The translations under genes and the position numbers were made by a program. Positions 34,911 through 37,432 of a stretch of 37,432 nt of DNA are shown here, piece after piece (the first letter of the stretch is position 1; each line of letters starts with the position of its first letter). This stretch comes from Octopus bimaculoides. Its lineage: Eukaryota. The notes beneath the pieces were generated by a model. It was given only the letters and a program-made list of their open reading frames with translations. It ran no database searches and was not told the origin of the DNA. Location: assembly GCF_001194135.2 (NCBI RefSeq), contig NC_068982.1, forward strand, positions 87,779,110 to 87,816,541, written 5' to 3'.

Positions 34911-34940
34911 ACAACAACAACAGCAACAGCAACAGCAACA

Positions 34941-34971
<31 letters not shown>

Positions 34972-34988
34972 CAGCAACAACAACAACC
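34911..34988 (+). repeat. Intronic (CAA)/(CAG) trinucleotide mosaic
   Basis: Direct read; about 80 bp upstream of the exon at 35067. Confidence 0.9.
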
Positions 34989-35066
34989 ACTATATATTTT
35001 TATGTTGTACAATTATTCAGTTTCTCACGAATATAATATTGTCTTTCAATTATTATTTTGTTATAG

Positions 35067-35132
35067 CTGAGAGCCGACTGTGGACACACCTCCAGATACA
35101 TACACTTTTGGATAGGATCAGAAACCACACAG
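35067..35132 (+). CDS. Coding exon of the gelsolin/villin-family gene (segment 1, IHFWIG motif)
   Basis: Acceptor ttattattttgttatag, donor cag/gtttgt. 66 nt, phase 0-0: LRADCGHTSRYIHFWIGSETTQ, matching the gelsolin-family DIH(F/Y)W(I/L)G..(S/T)xDE motif. Confidence 0.9.
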
Positions 35133-35261
35133 GTTTGTATTTTATTAACAAGAACTTTTGTTCGAATTTCAATATTTTTAAATTTCAAAAATTGATATTT
35201 TATGATTACTGTTATTACTTGCGGCATTATGCCTATGTTACAAATAATAATTACAGTTGGC

Positions 35262-35445
35262 CATGGATTAGCAGGATAGTTAGAGCGTCGGAGAAAGTGC
35301 CATGTAGTATTTATTCCAGCTCTTTATGTCATGAGTACGAATTCTACAGAGCTCAACTTTAGTTTTCATCCCTCAAGAGTCGATAAAGTAAAGTATCAGT
35401 AAAGTACAGGTGTCGATCTAGTCAACTAACCCCTCATCTCCAAAT
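35262..35445 (+). mobile_element. Family-B SINE, degraded
   Basis: tttcatccctcaagagtcgataaagtaaagtatcag...gtgtcgatctagtcaactaacccctc matches the 3200-3280 body. Confidence 0.7.
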
Positions 35446-35447
35446 GA

Positions 35448-35602
35448 CATCGATCCCAGTACTTGACTAGTACTTTATTTTATCAGCTCCAAAAGGATGA
35501 AAAGCAGAGTCGATTAAGCTAAGATTTGAGCCCAAAATATAATTGCCGCTAGAAATGCCTCTAAGCATTTTGCCCGATGCGCTAACATTTCTGCCAGTTC
35601 GA
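35448..35602 (-). mobile_element. Family-B SINE, tail-to-tail with the previous copy
   Basis: aaaggatgaaaagcagagtcga...ctaagcattttgcccgatgcgctaacatttctgccagttcg matches 8580-8690. Confidence 0.75.
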
Positions 35603-35734
35603 TAATAATACACAGCATATTGAATATAGTGATCAGGTGCACTACAACTCATTAGAAGAGGATAAACGATGGAACAGAAATACGCAACAAGTCAAGTAAA
35701 GAAAGACTGCAATAATAACCAAAAGTGCATCCAA

Positions 35735-36373
35735 TGTACTTTCTCTGATTATCTATGAATTCCTTCCATCTATTTACAAGCTTTTTAATCCCATCAGTGT
35801 AAAACTCTTTTGGTTTCAATGCGAAGAACTCTGAAGTATCAGTTTCGACCTCCTCCTGGCTTGCGAAAGTTATGTCCTCCAAATGCTTCTGTAAACTACG
35901 AAACAAATGATAGTCTGAAGGAGCAAGGTCGAAAGAATAAGGTAGATGAGGAATTTTTTCCCAACTAAGCTTTTCGATCTTCTGTGATGTGATCTTTGCA
36001 GTGTGGAGTCGCTCATTGTCCAGATGAAACATCATTCCTTTTCGATTCACTAAAGCGGATCTTTTTTTCTTCAAAGCTTGGTTCAAACGTTCTAATTGCT
36101 GACAGTAGACTTGAGCATTGATTGTTGCATTAGGTGGTAACAATTCAAAGTGAATTTATGTGCCTTAAATGCTCTTTAGATACTTCCATGTTAGAAAGGG
36201 TTTTAATCAAATAAATTTTAATTCTATTATTCTGTAAAATAATATTTAATTATTTTAAATGTACACAAATGAATAAAAATAATTTTAAATTTCATTAGAC
36301 ATTCTAAAATACTATTAAATTTCATTCAATTTTAAAAAAGCTAAAATCGGACAGAACTTATGGGATGACCTGA
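35735..36373 (-). mobile_element. Internally deleted mariner
   Basis: TA/tcaggtcatcccataag ITR at 36373. MEVSKEHLRHI (ATG 36189) is fused directly to IHFELLPPNATINAQVYCQQLERL...DNERLH...YSFDLAPSDYHLFRSL...WKEFIDNQRKYI. Confidence 0.87.
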
Positions 36374-36811
36374 TATAAAAATNNNNNNNNNNNNNNNNNN
36401 NNNNNNNNNNNNNNNNNNNNNNNNNNNNNNNNNNNNNNNNNNNNNNNNNNNNNNNNNNNNNNNNNNNNNNNNNNNNNNNNNNNNNNNNNNNNNNNNNNNN
36501 NNNNNNNNNNNNNNNNNNNNNNNNNNNNNNNNNNNNNNNNNNNNNNNNNNNNNNNNNNNNNNNNNNNNNNNNNNNNNNNNNNNNNNNNNNNNNNNNNNNN
36601 NNNNNNNNNNNNNNNNNNNNNNNNNNNNNNNNNNNNNNNNNNNNNNNNNNNNNNNNNNNNNNNNNNNNNNNNNNNNNNNNNNNNNNNNNNNNNNNNNNNN
36701 NNNNNNNNNNNNNNNNNNNNNNNNNNNNNNNNNNNNNNNNNNNNNNNNNNNNNNNNNNNNNNNNNNNNNNNNNNNNNNNNNNNNNNNNNNTTTATATGTA
36801 TACACGACAGG

Positions 36812-37310
36812 TTTCTTTCAGTTTCCGCCCACCAACTCTACTCAAGGCTTTGGTTGGTCCGAGGGAACCAGAACATAGCAAGTGGATTTGGTAGACGGGA
36901 ACTGAAAAGAAGCCTACTGTGTGTATATGTGTGTGTGTGTATGTGTGTATGTGTGTGGTGGGTGTCTGTGTATGTGTGTGATGTGTGTGTGATGTATGTG
37001 TGTGTGATGTGTGTGTGTAATGGATGTGTGTGTGATGTGTGTATGATGTATGTTTGCGGTGTGTGTGTATGTGGTGTGTGATGTGTGTGTATGTAATGTG
37101 TGTGTGTCTTTGTGCCTGTGTTTGTCTCCAGCCACTGTTTGAGAACCGGCGTTGGTGTGTTTATGTCCCCTTTAGCTAGCAGTTCGGTAAAAAAGACAGG
37201 TAAAATAAATACCAAGCTTTAAAATTAAGTACTTGGGTCGATTCAATCGATTAGAATTCTTCAAGGCGATGTCCCAGTATGGCCTCAGTCTAATGACTGA
37301 AGCAAAGAAA
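36812..37310 (+). mobile_element. Family-A SINE (head-truncated) preceded by an inverted fragment of the same module
   Basis: 36812-36873 is minus-orientation (ctttcagtttccgcccacca) and 36880-36915 is plus-orientation (tggtagacgggaactgaaaag). A (GT) mosaic and the full 3' module to 37310 follow. Confidence 0.78.
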
Positions 37311-37365
37311 AGATATATATATGCATACCTGCATAATTTTATATTACATATGATATATTCAAATT

Positions 37366-37367
<2 letters not shown>

Positions 37368-37432
<65 letters not shown>
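37368..37432. repeat. (CA)n microsatellite
   Basis: Direct read. Confidence 0.95.

Larger units (their letters stand above)
13584..35066 (+). other. Predicted 21.5-kb phase-0 intron of the gelsolin/villin-family gene
   Basis: GT at 13584 and ttattttgttatAG ending at 35066. The spliced peptide is collinear with gelsolin segment 1, leaving no room for a constitutive intervening coding exon. Confidence 0.78.

Noticed and set aside
34859-35362. 167-aa ORF and possible polyQ from the CAA/CAG mosaic
   Set aside because: The ORF reads the real exon in the wrong frame. The Q frame has an upstream stop and does not connect to the exon.
1-37432. CRISPR array, rRNA or true tRNA genes
   Set aside because: No regularly spaced repeat-spacer array and no rRNA-like sequence. 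The tRNA-like segments run into SINE bodies and lack complete cloverleafs.

Overview
This is eukaryotic, AT-rich genomic DNA, dense in microsatellites and transposons, with many scaffold gaps. The repeat families and composition suggest an octopus or other coleoid cephalopod (inference, not proven). The only host-gene sequence I can support is two phase-0 plus-strand exons of a gelsolin/villin-family gene. Exon 13515-13583 encodes GYNLLLWQKKGKFHKGDSYLIVK and exon 35067-35132 encodes LRADCGHTSRYIHFWIGSETTQ; joined, they give the typical segment-1 motif G.F..GDSY.I......IHFWIG. A 21.5-kb intron separates them. Almost everything else is transposon debris: several tRNA-derived SINE families, R4/Dong-like RLE retrotransposons in (TAA)n tracts, a second RLE family in (CATA)n tracts, two Penelope-like elements (one with a near-intact hammerhead fold), CR1-like and RTE LINEs, Tc1 and mariner copies, a long fold-back MITE and a Helitron 3' end. 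Most long ORFs in the supplied track are microsatellite or N-gap artefacts. I found no CRISPR array, rRNA, or free-standing tRNA gene, and no demonstrably new biological system. The best leads are the microsatellite-targeting RLE families, an R4-like copy with an in-frame loss of its nuclease core, the Penelope hammerhead and inversion structure, and a small triple-hairpin cassette near 570-680. Repeat coordinates are approximate unless a junction is quoted.
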